DNA from: Lepidodermella squamata | Taxonomy: Eukaryota > Animalia > Gastrotricha | Assembly: GCA_047495785.1 (NCBI GenBank) | Contig: JBLDXI010000040.1 | Span: 310,001 to 374,000, forward strand | DNA: 64,000 bases | Direction: 5' to 3' | Part shown: one piece after another, positions 49,795 to 61,590 of the stretch | How the letters are laid out: the number at the start of each line of letters is the position of its first letter | Numbering within the stretch: the first letter of the stretch is position 1 | Notes under the pieces: generated by a model | The model's database searches: none | Told to the model about the DNA's origin: nothing | The model's input: the letters and a program-made list of their open reading frames with translations, nothing else | Translations under genes and position numbers: made by a program

Positions 49795-51080
49795 TAACCC
49801 TAACCCTAACCCTAAACCTAACCCTAACCTTGGCCCAGTCTTAGTTCTACCCCTAACCTTAATCCTAACCCTAATAACCCTAACCCTAATAACCCTAACC
49901 CTAACTCTAACCCTAACCAATATCTTGCCCTCAACCATAACCCTAACGCCATAACCCTAGCCTCAAACTAAATCTTAACCCTAGCCCCAGTCAGTCTTCA
50001 AGCAGTAACTTTAGTCATACTACACATACCCCATCCTACTCGTAACCCTAGATTTAACTACAACTACAATTAAAAATGTACACCCAGCGTTCATCACAAC
50101 TCTAACCCTAGCCTTGGATTTAATAAGAACCCTGGCCCTGAGCACGCTCCTAGTCCTGCACTAAAACAAAACTTAAAACTGAATCCATCCCTTGCCTATT
50201 TTCCTAAACCAAACTTCGGCCTTTAGTGCCTAACATTCAAATATAATCCCCAACGCTAGCCATAACCACTCCTACAATGGCTGATGGTTTTTATTCAGCC
50301 CGTTGCATAATATCAGGCTCTACATTGTGAATGTTCAATATTCGCTTAGCTTAACAGCATATTCTAGGAAGTTGTATAATCTTCGGTCAAAATAAAATGT
50401 AAAACACAGCAGTACTAATGCTTCTGCTGTCATTTGACACGGGATTTGGGCGTTATCTCGTTGTTGCGAGTGGCACGGCGGTGTTTGATAACGATAAGGC
50501 TGCTTGCTTCTTCCTCGCTGTTCAATGAACCAGCTTAATAAGCCACGCTGTTCAACTCACAGCCGATATTGGCGTAGTTATCAGCTCGCCGAAAAAAATA
50601 CGGGCTAATCACTGCGCTTGTGATAACCTCGACCGTGGGGCTTTGATTCACTCATTTACAGGTCATTTTTATACTGGATCATTAAAGGTCGTCAAGCCAA
50701 AAGCGATCTAATTCCCTCAAATTGTAGTATCGCTATATTTATTAGATTGCTGCAGTAGACAATTAAAGATTAAAGCATCATTGCCAATGGCTAATATGGA
50801 CTCGAACAGCAGCGGCCCTATCATGATGGGCAGGCAACAAATTGTTAGTCTGAACTCTGAAAATCCTGGATAAACGCATTGAGGCTGGCCGCGAACAGGC
50901 GGAATCGGCGGTTCTACGCGAAAAACAAATAATAATAAATTGAGTTAACGAATATTGCGATTCGGCCTACCGGAGACACAGGTATCAAGTGCAAAACCTT
51001 CATTCGGACGACTTCATCGATAAAGACAGTCGAATTGTCACGGCATTTTGATGAATATTACTGTGACCCGATTCAAATCA
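49795..51080. repeat. Duplicated block, copy 1: interstitial (CCCTAA)n telomeric-type array decaying into a non-coding segment
   Basis: Near-perfect taaccc units at 49795-49920, degenerate hexamers to ~50280, then sequence that aligns with ~60780-61388. Confidence 0.85.
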
Positions 51081-51379
51081 GTGACAGCGAAAAAAGCTGC
51101 TCGCTCTTCGGTATGCCTGATGACCGCGCGCCTCGTTGAAAAAGTGTTGGGGTGGTTTTAGAAGACGGAAAAATGCTGTTTAATAAATATTATCTAATAA
51201 TTTATTATCGAAAATATATCTTTTCAATGAGATCTGAGGTCGGACACCCTATCATGGTAATTGAAAAATGATATGGCGAGACTAGGATGTAGAAAGTATC
51301 ACAGTGATGTAAAAAAAGTTTTTGGTGTAGTGAAGACGTCGATCTTCACAATGCCTGACGTAGCAATACAGATTTCTCG

Positions 51380-53307
51380 CACAAGAAAAAAAATGGTCCG
51401 AATTCGGGGATGCATAATTGATTATTACAAGCAATTCTATCATCCGAATTCATACCCCTGGGGCCTGCTAATTCGGGGGGTTAACCGAAATTAGGGGTTC
51501 GAAATTAATTATTCTCATAGGCATAAATTCGGACCTTGGCAATTATTTAATGCAATTTTTGAAAAAAATCTGTCAATATTCAGCGAATATTTTATAGTTT
51601 TAAAATGATATTTATTTTTCAAAATTCAAGTATACCTGGTTGTACCAGGCAACAAGGTAACTGATGGCTCCGAGACCCTATAAGGTAACCGGGGACATGG
51701 GTCAGAGATTCTCCACCCAGGACTACCCGGCAACCAGTGATACTACCAACCAACACTATTACCAAATTCCTTGCAGAAGTGTGGGTTTATTAAGTAATGT
51801 TAGCAAAAAACAATCTCTCAGCCCGCAGGCTAAATAGAAATGACCGGACTTAGAGTGGTCCTTTAGTTTTAGCAATATTTAATATTCACAGCTACGGCCT
51901 CGTGTATTAAGCGAGGTCGACGGAATTACAGAAAAACTATATATACAATGTTATATGAGTTAATATACAAGGAAGCTTCCATCCAACGCCTCGGGCCGCC
52001 GCTTTGCGCGTGCCGCCACCCGAGGCCCAACCGCTGCCTGCATCGACGAAAATGTACAAGAAGTCCAACAACCGCCAGAGGTACCAACAACCAACAACAC
52101 ATCGCCTCGGGCCGCCGCTTGGTGCGTGCCGCCACCCGAGGCCCATCCGCTACCAGGATCGACGGTCACCGCCGAACTGCATCAACGATCAGCAAGCTGA
52201 GGTCCATGACTCTTAGGTTCATGTCTCAGTAGTACAATTCAATTTAAAGAATCTAGGATCTAGGACAAAAATAGAAAACATAGCCGGACTTGAACCGGGG
52301 CCTCTCACGGCACTAAACCAAAGACGATTTAAACCGGACCCGAACCGATGCCTTTCACACACAGAGAGAATTTGAAAAGAGAATTTGAAAAGAACTAAAG
52401 GGACTAGAGAAAGATATAAGATACAAGAGAGGAACCCAGAGGGAACCTACTGCGCACGGATTGCAGCTATCCGCCGCTAGTCAGGAACCGGAAAGGCCCG
52501 GCCGCGCAGGGAGCGATGTTACCTTGCACCGCCACCCACAACGAACCGGTCCTCCCCGCGACAAGCTGCGCTCGGGCCGTTGCTTCCGTGGACCGCCACC
52601 CGCCGCTGGCTAGCCGCCTCTAACACCCGACAGTAACCTAAACAGCTAAAATCGTAGGGAGTCGATCATCTGACGTTCGAATAGCCGGTAGAGGACCAGC
52701 GCCCAGAAGATGGTCTAGAAAGAAACGAACCGGCGATTTACTCTCCGGCATGGGCCTATCGCGACTCTGGCGAACTATTCCGCCTAGCACACTACCTGCT
52801 TCGAGCGCCCTGTTGAAACAATGGAACGACAAGCTGGACAAACGGTCTTGGATTACTTGGAAGTCGGGAAACGTCGCCTGCAGTCGCCGCTGATAAAGTT
52901 GATCCGGGCACCGACGGGGGAGCCCCAAGATGATCTTGAGGGCCCGCCTCTCTAGGACCGCCAGATCTTGAGGGCCCGCCTCTCTAGGACCGCCAGTGCA
53001 TGAATCTAAGTGATAGTCGCGAGTGAATCTATGCCAATTTTTCAGCGAGTGGACCTTCGTTCATGAATACGACTCGGACTCGGTGCCTAATTAGCATATG
53101 CACACATGGAATATTACAAAAATTCTGGAGTTTTTGATTCAATTATTCATCCCCTAATATCATACCGCCTAATTCGAGGGATGCTCAATTAGTATGGTAT
53201 GAATTCATAGCTCTGAAAAAACAGCACTTTGCAACCCCCTGATTTTAGGGCCTACCCCGGAATTCAGATGGAGCACCCCCTGATTTCGGACCATATTTTT
53301 TCTAGTG
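51380..53307. mobile_element. Non-autonomous CACTA/Mirage/Chapaev (CMC)-like element with a nested insertion
   Basis: Imperfect TIRs cacaagaaaaaaatggtccgaa / ttcggaccatattttttctagtg, with CG on both flanks. Confidence 0.6.
52638..52996 (-). mobile_element. 5'-truncated non-LTR retrotransposon ORF2 C-terminal fragment; the putative 3' UTR extends toward ~51630
   Basis: LAVLERRALKIILGLPRRCP..LQATFPDFQVIQDRL resembles the post-RT region of LINEs. There is a short tandem duplication at the truncation point, and the sequence is GC-rich relative to its flanks. Confidence 0.55.
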
Positions 53308-53388
53308 CGGTGACTCGGTGACTCGGGAGTGGGTGACACACAGCTGGCCGTGCGAAAACGCCTCACACTGACGCAGAGCCAACAAAAG

Positions 53389-53450
53389 TCAACAAAAGTC
53401 AGGGCCAGACTGTCAAATGTGTTGGACAGTCTGGCCCTGACTTTTGTTGA
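53389..53450. repeat. Hairpin with a perfect 26-bp stem
   Basis: tcaacaaaagtcagggccagactgtc, a 10-nt loop, then gacagtctggccctgacttttgttga. Confidence 0.85.
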
Positions 53451-53939
53451 TAGCTGAACGCAAGTCGTACGGGAAACTGACGCCTCTGAATCACCACAGG
53501 AGCCCCATCTTGATCTATCCGGAATTCGTGGAATTTGAACGATCGATCCAGCTGAATTTCCAATTAAAATTTAACCCTAGATGACGTTGTGACGAAGTCG
53601 CTGAAAAGTTAACCAGGTGCCGTTACAAAGGCCGGAAGCAGGGTCAAGGTTGCGCAGTAAAATGATGGCCGCGCCTTGTTTCAGCAACAACCGATGAGGA
53701 GGAAGGCTGGAGGGAGTAAACTTGATTAGCAGTTCGGTGGGGTAAAACTGTCGCTGATTGGGATCTTAAACGGAGTCGGCACTCAGGTAGACAAATTCCT
53801 TGCCTGAAATGTGGAAATTAGTTAACAATTCTTTATATGAACAGAAGAAGTAGCTTACTTGGAAGATCCTTGCAGCAAGTAAACACCGCTCGGCCAGGTA
53901 ATTTCGTTCGGCAAATCGGGTTTTCAAGTCGCCATAAAT

Positions 53940-56008
53940 TGTATCTTGGCTGTTCTCTGTTCGTCATTCAATAACGGCGTCTTTTCCTCCTCAAATCACG
54001 TAACTCGTCGTGATTGAACTCGGTTTCCTCGCTGATAACCTCGAAAACATGCTCTTTAAAACGGCGGGCAGATACATGCCTGGATTGTCGGACAGAGATT
54101 TGCTATGATAGCCGAGGGAGATCTCCATAAGGGCAAGCGCCTTATTGCGAATTTGATCGGTAACAAAGTTCATTCCCTCATTGTGCAGGATATCAGCACA
54201 CAGCTCGGGTTCGAACTGTTGCCATAGATCGTAAGGGTTAGGCGGATTTGAATAAACCTAATGCATGGCAAACAATCTGCAGCTGCCTCGGCATTCGAAA
54301 TAGTGCAGCTTCGATTAAGCTGTGCTCTACTTCGTCGTCATTTTCAAGCAAACCGCATTATTGAAAGTGGGGAAGACAGTATTGCCAACTTTTCGGACGC
54401 CTTCGAAGCTCTGAGGTCCCTTGACGACATGCAGAGGCAGTCGCAGACAAGACCAACACATCCGTGTCCCTTTTTCCGGCGATTCCATTTCCTCACCTCT
54501 CACCTTGGGATTCCATGTTGTCAAATCGCGGCAAACCTGTGGATAAGTCAAGTCGCGAGCAGACGGGTCAAGCAGACGGGTTCCGTAGCTGTAATGTTGT
54601 CATTATTGCGGTCGTCGTTGACGGGAATGTCCTCAGCAAAATCGCCTCGAGGAAAGATAAGAGAGTATCTCAGCGTAGGTAATTTGGATTTCGCTCATTG
54701 ATACGAAATAGACTATGGAAGTAGATGTCCAGCTCGCAGTCGCAAAACTAATCTGCCCAATCTGCTCATGGTAGAATAACGGCAAGTTCCTTGGCGGTAG
54801 GTAAATTATATCTTCGCCGGTCAACGTTTCGATCAGTTTTCAGAACTCCTCAGTATTTCGGCGGCGTACTTGCACATGTGAACAAAAGGATTTTGATGCA
54901 TTACTTCTTTCAGAGTGGCAATAACAACTGGATTCAAGTCAGGCATGTGATTGAGGCGGTTGTTTATTTCGTTCTCGCGGTTGTAAATGTAGAGCTGTGC
55001 AAATTTTGGGATTCCATCTTCAGGTTCCAACGGGCCATGGCGATGTGTCATTTAACCGTGAATTCGGAAATCGGAAATCGGCCATTGGCTACCGTGTCGT
55101 CAAGCTGAACACCCACTGAAGTGATCGCGAAATTGTTGTAGGCGCGTATCAATTGCCGAAATTCAACGCAATGTTCATCGTTAAAAGTTACGAGGCGTAA
55201 CAGATCAACAGGAACCGGCTGGGTTTGAGGCAGATCAAATTTTCCCCGGCCGCAACACATGAAGAATTCTGGGTAGGTTTTAGAGCCATCGACTTTTTCC
55301 TCCAACGTCGGAGAATGGGGAAGAGCCTACGGTCGATTTGAAAATCTGAATAAAGCAGGTTGAGGAGTTTGAGCAGTTGAATTGGCATAGCTTTGAGCAC
55401 CCGAACTTGAATGATCGGAGTATGGGGCATTGGTGGTTGCTGTCCAAGTGCCGGAATAGCATTGACTACGAAAGATGTTTCGTCATAAACGTAAAATACT
55501 TTGAAATGTAGTTCACCTGTTATCGGTTCTTCAAAGGGATTAGTGAAGGAGTTTGCTAACTCGTTAACAGGTTGCAGAACTGTTCTGGTGATAGGCCTGA
55601 GTTGAGCCACTCCTGGTCGCGGCCAAGGTGGTGGGCTGGGTAATGGAGTGCCCGCAGATGGGAGATGGGGCAACAGGCGGGGGTTTGAAACTCGTGTTGG
55701 AGGCCATATAGGCGGGCTACATAGCTGAGATGCTGAGTAATCCGGCCTAAGCGCCGGTGTCGTTAATATCACTACTGATAAATCACATAATCGCTATCAC
55801 ATAAAAAGGTTTCAAGTAAAAACATACGATTAGTAGCGGTGACAAAAGTATTAGGAGATCCTGCAACGCTATTAACGGCCCGAAAGGGTCGTGTTGGGAT
55901 GTAGTTAGCCTGAGCTTGTCTCGGCGCAGGACAAGTAGCAGCAGGCTGTGGTGCGGGATGAATTCGAGGACGACCGCGCGGTCTGCTGGCTGGGGTGGAT
56001 TTGAACAA
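53940..56008 (-). mobile_element. Degenerate, internally deleted Helitron Rep/helicase relic
   Basis: Frameshifted motifs MCCGRGKFDLP..FRQLIRAYNNFAITSVG, HRHGPLEP..PKFAQLYIYN and LHVVKGPQSFEGVRKVGNTVFPTF are typical of Helitron RepHel. An AT-hook-like RPRGRPR lies at the N-terminus. Catalytic HUH and PIF1 motifs were not seen. Confidence 0.85.
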
Positions 56009-56819
56009 CCTGGTGCTCAGCGGGGTGGAACAGATGTTTCGACTAGATCTCGACAGCTCGACAGCTCGCTTAAAAGTTAAACAGCTATCTATAACAAAGA
56101 TTTAATACTATTTAATACTTATTACTCAACGAAGAACTAACCAAAAGTATTCACAACAAAAAGGCTAGAATAATAAGATACAAGCGGAAATAATGAATCT
56201 GACATCTGACTGGTGTTTCGCACTGAAAGGATTAGGTTAGAAAGGCAAGCTGAGCGAAGGTCGAATTGGCCGTAGATGTTTCAATCGGAAAATAATGTCT
56301 CTGTTACAGTGAAACTAGTGGAGTGAGAGGAGTGAAAGGAGTGAAACTAGTGGTTAGCATAGTGGATTGTAAATCGTACTTACCCCGGGGAATGAAGTCG
56401 ATTAAGTACTTTCTTTGTCTTTGAAACAGCGGTTTTGCACCGAAGCTATCAATATTTAACCATTTAGCAAAGTTCCAGCGGTGTTCCAGCGGGAAATCCA
56501 TAAAAAGTATTTACAATTATCTAAACCAGCACAAGAGAAGATGTTCTTTGTAGACCGCCTGGACTTGTATTTGAGAATTTACGGTACTTACGTGTACTGA
56601 TCAGTTACTCACGCGCTGTGCCTTGGAGGCGAAACACTGACTTTCAGAGAAAGCATCCGCTGTGCTTTCAGAGACAAGCAACATCAAGCTTCTAAATTCA
56701 GTTGAGTTTCGGCATTTTCTAGACGCTGCGTTAGTCCTTTTGTTATTTTATTCTATTTTCATCATCAAATTTTTTTGCTGCAAAACAGATAGTTTCAATG
56801 GGCTTTGTATACACGTCAT

Positions 56820-57400
56820 TTGTAACTTTTGCTCAGCTTTATTTTCCATTTTATGCGCCGTTTTTCTCGGCGGAGAGAAGCCTCATCCAACTCACGTTTA
56901 TTATGTTCGGATATCACCACTACGTATCAAATTGTTTGTGTTGTTCGCGCGCTCCGGCTGTAATTGAGTCGCCGCATGGCTCCAGTGTTTAATAGCTGTT
57001 ACGTGGCATGCGTTCATTTCTCTCAACCAACCCACCTCATCATGTTGCGTACGGCGAAGGTAGTCTATAAGCGTCCGGATGAATCCGAGAGAAATTTCAT
57101 AACGTAGTTCATCTCCACATCCATGGAACCCTTGGTAATTATCTTCTCACTAATTCTTAAACGTTTCGTTCTTGACATCTGAAAGTGAACAAAAAAACTT
57201 GCCATTTTTTGTATAAAAATGACGCAAGCTTCGAGTATCATCACCATGCACTGAGACGAACCCGGCGTCCCTTGCAATTGATCCTGTGGACGCAACTTTC
57301 TTGACGCCTGCGGTCGAACCAGCTGAAAAATTAGGCTAGCTACACACGTGGCGCCGTAATCGCGTCCACATTGACAAAGAACAAAGTTCATAAAAAAAAT
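56820..57400 (-). repeat. Left arm of an inverted repeat; degenerate P-element transposase-derived fragment
   Basis: Reverse complement of ~58990-59690, and a direct homolog of ~63345-63750, which is contiguous with the P transposase relic. Confidence 0.7.
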
Positions 57401-57545
57401 TGGCGAAGTGTATATAAACAGGCGAAACTGGAGAATATCAGCCATTTTTCAAGGAAGATCTTTCCAACCTGTGAGAAAAGTTCATACAGCAAACCTTTTT
57501 GCGCTGTTTTCTACGTTTCTTCAGAATTTTGCTCCGATACAACTC

Positions 57546-58710
57546 ATGGAATCGTTTGTTCTTGCCATCCTGGCCGCTGTCTGTTCTGTTGCCGCTGCCT
57601 GCCCTGCAGCGACCACAACACCAAGCCCGACTTGCCCTAGTGGCCACTCTTGTTTATCGACAAGCAATCCGTGCCCAAATGGCCAGTCTTGTTTATCGGC
57701 AAGCAACGCGTGCCCTAGTGACCAGTCCTGTTTATCGACAAGCAATCCGTGCCCTAGTGGCCAGTCTTGTTTATCGGCAAGCAGTCAGTGTAGCTCTGGA
57801 TCTTCGTGTGTGGCATCGGCTAACGTATGCGATTCGACTGCAAACAATTGCGTGCCGAAATCTGCATCCTCGTGTCCAAGTGGCCAGTCATGCACACCGG
57901 CAGCAAATATATGCGACGCCACTTCGAAAAATTGCATTTTGAAAACAGCAACACAATGCCCGACTGGGCAAGCCTGCGCAAGCGCTGTTAGTTTGGGTCT
58001 TTTTGTTAAATACGCTGAATTAAAATTTCAGAAATCAAATTTAAAAGGATTAAATATTGAATACGTTTATATCGACCCAGTCCACACTAAAATTGAATTA
58101 TTGGACTCATTAACTATAATGTGCAATTATTTTCTCGCAGCCATCATTCGTTCTTTGCAACATCCCATATACGCAAGTCGACTATCCTGCAACCAAGGAT
58201 AATGTCTTTTTTTGCATGTCCAACGGAGGAGCTTGCGACTCAATTTTGACCAATGCAGGTCCCGTTGGTGAGGTACCTACTAGCTTCACAACTTTCGATG
58301 CGTGTTGCAAAGCCACAACGAAAACACTTGCCAACATCCGATACGAATGGCTGCCCCAATCTGCCACTGCTGCCCCTGTGCAGGTATGCGTGGGCGCTCA
58401 ATCCAGCACTCCTTACATTGTCACTGGCGTTGAATACAAGGCCAGCGCAGGCGAATGCGTTCGCTTCCCGCACACCGCTTCGTCAGGCGCTAATGTCCAG
58501 GTGACTGGTACTCTGGTGAGTTATTTCCCCACGTGAAGATACTATTCAGTGATTGAAATTCTGTTACAGAAAACTAAAGGTGGCCTCTACGCCTTCGAAT
58601 CTTTCCATGCTTGTTGCCTAGCCCTCGGCAATGCTCCTGGAGCTCAGTCGGTTGGTACAGCATCAGCCTATGGCGTTTCTAACTTCGACAAGTGCACAGG
58701 CGCCAACTAA
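57546..58710 (+). CDS. Secreted Cys-rich protein with 13-aa CPxGQSCLSxSN repeats (~318 aa)
   Basis: Exons 57546-57986, 58141-58515 and 58570-58710 all join in phase 0. Signal MESFVLAILAAVCSVAAA, 39-bp tandem repeats, and two F-x2-F-x-ACC motifs in the C-terminal half. Confidence 0.85.
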
Positions 58711-58989
58711 GCAGCAACGCTTTATTGACAAAAAGAACCAAGTTTGATGAAACAAACGATCGACTTCTATCATGATAAAAATTGCGTCGCTTAAAGAATA
58801 ATGTTTCTAGATTATTGTTCTTGAACAAAAAAGTAGGATTAGCTGTAGAAAAATGGTCCAAATACGCTGATTTAATAAAAGCATGAAAAAATGCTTTTGG
58901 GCTGTGTTTGAGATTCAGTTTATTTCGATTATACGTCGCCAACCCGGATACAGCAGTATCAAATGTCCGGAAACCAGGACAAAAACCTG

Positions 58990-59690
58990 TTGTCCCAAAT
59001 CTTGGAAGCTGGCGCCAAGAAAGTTGCGGCCACATGGTCAATTACAAGGAACGGCGGGTTTGTCTCAGTGCATGGTGATGGTACTCGAAGCTTTTGTTAT
59101 TTTTAATGGGATGTCATTTCTCAATTAGCTCAATTTTTTCTCAATTAGTTAACCGCAACCGGCAATTAGTTTCTGACGAGTTAGACTTGAAATAAAAATC
59201 TGGAAAATTCACCAAAATGTGCCGCTCAAAAAGTTACTGTAAAGACCTCTTTTCAGCGTTCTAGAATGATTTTTAAGGATGCATGGTGAGCATTGTCTCA
59301 AATGACAAAAACTTCGTAAAAATCATTTGTGATAGTCGGCGCCCGTTTGAAAAAAGCTTTTGTTTACTTTCAGATGTCAAGAACAAAGAGTTAGGAATTA
59401 GTGGGATGATCAAGGGCTACATGGACGTGGAGATGAACTGCGTCATGAAATTTCTCTCGGATTCATCCGTACACTTATAGAGTAGGTACAAACGCAACAG
59501 CCTCGTCGTCGTCCATGATGAGATGGGTTCGTTGACAGAAACGAACAACGATACGCATGGCACGTAACAGCTACCTATTTTCGATACGGCATAGTGATAT
59601 CCAAACATAATAAGCGTCATGCAAGTGAGTGGGATGAGGCTTCTCTCCACCGAGAAAAACGGCGCATAGAATGGAAAAGCAAAAGTTGTA
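58990..59690 (+). repeat. Right arm of the inverted repeat (P-transposase-derived fragment)
   Basis: RKLRPHGQLQGT..SQCMVMVLEA and MDVEMNCVMKFLSDSS match the minus-strand translation of 57065-57445. It carries a ~200-bp insert relative to the left arm. Confidence 0.7.
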
Positions 59691-60037
59691 ACTTGCCAAT
59701 CCTAACCCTAACCCTAACACTAATCCTGACCCAAACCCAGTTTTAGTTCTAACCTAATCCTAAACTAACGCTAACTCTAATCCTGCCCACAGCCCTCACC
59801 CTAACTTCAACCTTAGCCTCCACCTAAATATTAACCTTGTCCCCATTTACTCTTGAGGCAGTAACTTTAGCCATACGACACATGTCCCACCCTGGTCGTA
59901 ACCCTAGATTAAACTCTAACCCAAAGGTAATCCCTAAACCTATAAAAATCTACACCCAGTTTCTGTCACAACTCTTGCCTAAGATTTCATATGAACTGTG
60001 GCCTTGACCATGTTCCTAACTCTGCTCTAGAACATAA

Positions 60038-60278
60038 CCCGTATCAACAGTATTTCGTCTCCGTAAGATGAAATATGCTAATGAGCACTTTTCATTGTGA
60101 AATCACGCCCTGAACAATGAAAAGAGCTCATTAGCATACAGTGAAAGTTGTTCAAACCGGACCGGTCTAAACCGGACTTTCTCTAAACCGGACGATTTTG
60201 CCTGGCGCGACCTTAGTCCGGTTTAGACAACTTTCACTGTATTTTATCTCATGGAATACAAAAAATTGTTGATACGGG
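60038..60278. mobile_element. CCC-ended MITE with a 2-bp AA TSD (EnSpm/CMC-like)
   Basis: TIRs cccgtatcaaca / tgttgatacggg and an internal palindrome. It is absent from copy 1 of the block. Confidence 0.75.
60139..60239. mobile_element. 101-bp Tc1/mariner-type MITE nested in the previous element
   Basis: TA|cagtgaaagttgt..aaaccggac / gtccggttt..acaactttcactg|TA. Confidence 0.85.
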
Positions 60279-60285
60279 AAGTTAA

Positions 60286-60687
60286 CCCTTAGCCGCCGGC
60301 GCAATGACGTGTTAACTCGAGCACCTTTCAGAAAATCCCAGAAAATCAAGAAGAGGCTAAAATCGAATTCTGAGTCGGCAGAAAGTCTTACATTTAGCCT
60401 TAGATTAAAAGCCGAACCTCTTTTTCTGAAGAAACTTACCTGGGTGGCCGTTGCTATGACGTGTTAACGCGTTTTCATGACGTGTTAACAAGTCATTTAA
60501 AATTTTTCTCACTATTTTCGACCTAGTCGGAATGGCTTTGAAAATTTGGATTTTCGGGGAGTGCTTGTTTCTTGCTATTGATTTATCATAATTTATGACG
60601 CAACAATGGGTTCGATTGCCCAAATCCTCCGACCACGGTGAATTTTCTCCGGAATTAACGCGTGTACACGTCTTCGGCGGCTAAGGG
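60286..60687. mobile_element. piggyBac-type MITE
   Basis: TTAA|cccttagccgccg ... cggcggctaaggg|TTAA. A single ttaa is present at the homologous empty site near 50173. Confidence 0.9.
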
Positions 60688-61522
60688 TTAACCTAAACCC
60701 ATCCTTCACCTATTTTCCCACCAAACTTTCGCATTTATCCCCATGCCTAACATTCAAGATCAAGCCACAACAACAGCCATAACCACTCTTACAATGGCTG
60801 ATGGTTTCTACTCAGCCCGTTGCATAAGCTCTACATTTAGAATATAATAAATATTCGCCAATTTAACATGTATTGTAAGAAGTTGTATAATCTTCGGTCA
60901 AAAATTAATTTAAAACATAGCGGTACCAATGCTCCTGCTGTCATTTGGCAAGGGATTTGCGCGTTATCTCGTTGTTGCGAGAGTTGCTTGCTTCCTCGCT
61001 GTTCTATGAACCAGCTTAATTAGCCACGCTGTTCAACTCGCAGCCGAAATTGGCGTAGTTATCAGCTCGCCGAAAAAAATACGGGCTAATCACTGCGCTT
61101 GTGATAACCTCGACCGTGGGGCTTTGATTCACTCATTTACAGGTCATTTTTATACTGGATCATTAAAGGTCGTCATGCCAAAAGCGATCTAATTCCCTCA
61201 AATTGTAGTAACGCTTTATTTATTAGATTGCTGCAGTAGATGAATAAAGATTAAAGTATCATTGCCAATGGCTAATGGGGACGGGCCAATTGTCAAGTGC
61301 AAAGCCATTCGGACGATTTCTTCGATAAAGGCAGCCGAGTTCTCACGGCATTTTGATGAATATTGCTATGTAGTCCGATTCAAATCAAGGCATCGTGTAT
61401 TTCGGTCGTATTCGGCATCGTGTATTCGTCCGCAGATGGCTTTGAAGCCAAATGTCGGTGAAAATTCGAAAAATTTGACAACCACATCGGCCTATATTAT
61501 CTAAGATAATAGAAAACACCGC

Positions 61523-61590
61523 TGCGGTTGCCAGGAATCGAACCCAAGTCGCCTTGAACCGGGAGACACCGAGTGGCATTGCAGCGAGGA
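61523..61590 (-). other. tRNA-derived remnant (B box and 3' half), possibly a SINE head
   Basis: Minus strand reads ..gggttcgattcctggcaaccgca. There is no intact D arm or A box. ccagggacg repeats are adjacent. Confidence 0.3.

Larger units (their letters stand above)
59698..61388. repeat. Duplicated block, copy 2 (telomeric-type head plus non-coding segment), interrupted by three MITEs
   Basis: Colinear with 49795-51080 except for the insertions at 60038-60691 and a ~190-bp indel near the right end. Confidence 0.85.

Noticed and set aside
49795-50800. Telomerase RNA or SL RNA gene in the telomeric-headed block
   Set aside because: It is a long degenerate array rather than a single ~1.5-repeat template. 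I found no convincing pseudoknot, H/ACA box, or donor-plus-Sm-site arrangement.
51926-52232. Five overlapping short ORFs
   Set aside because: They arise from a GC-rich ~120-bp duplication within a probable retroelement 3' region, and none has a recognisable motif.
57987-58202. C-terminal part of the 264-aa ORF 57408..58202
   Set aside because: It is read-through into an intron (GT at 57987, AG at 58140); the real exon 2 uses another frame.
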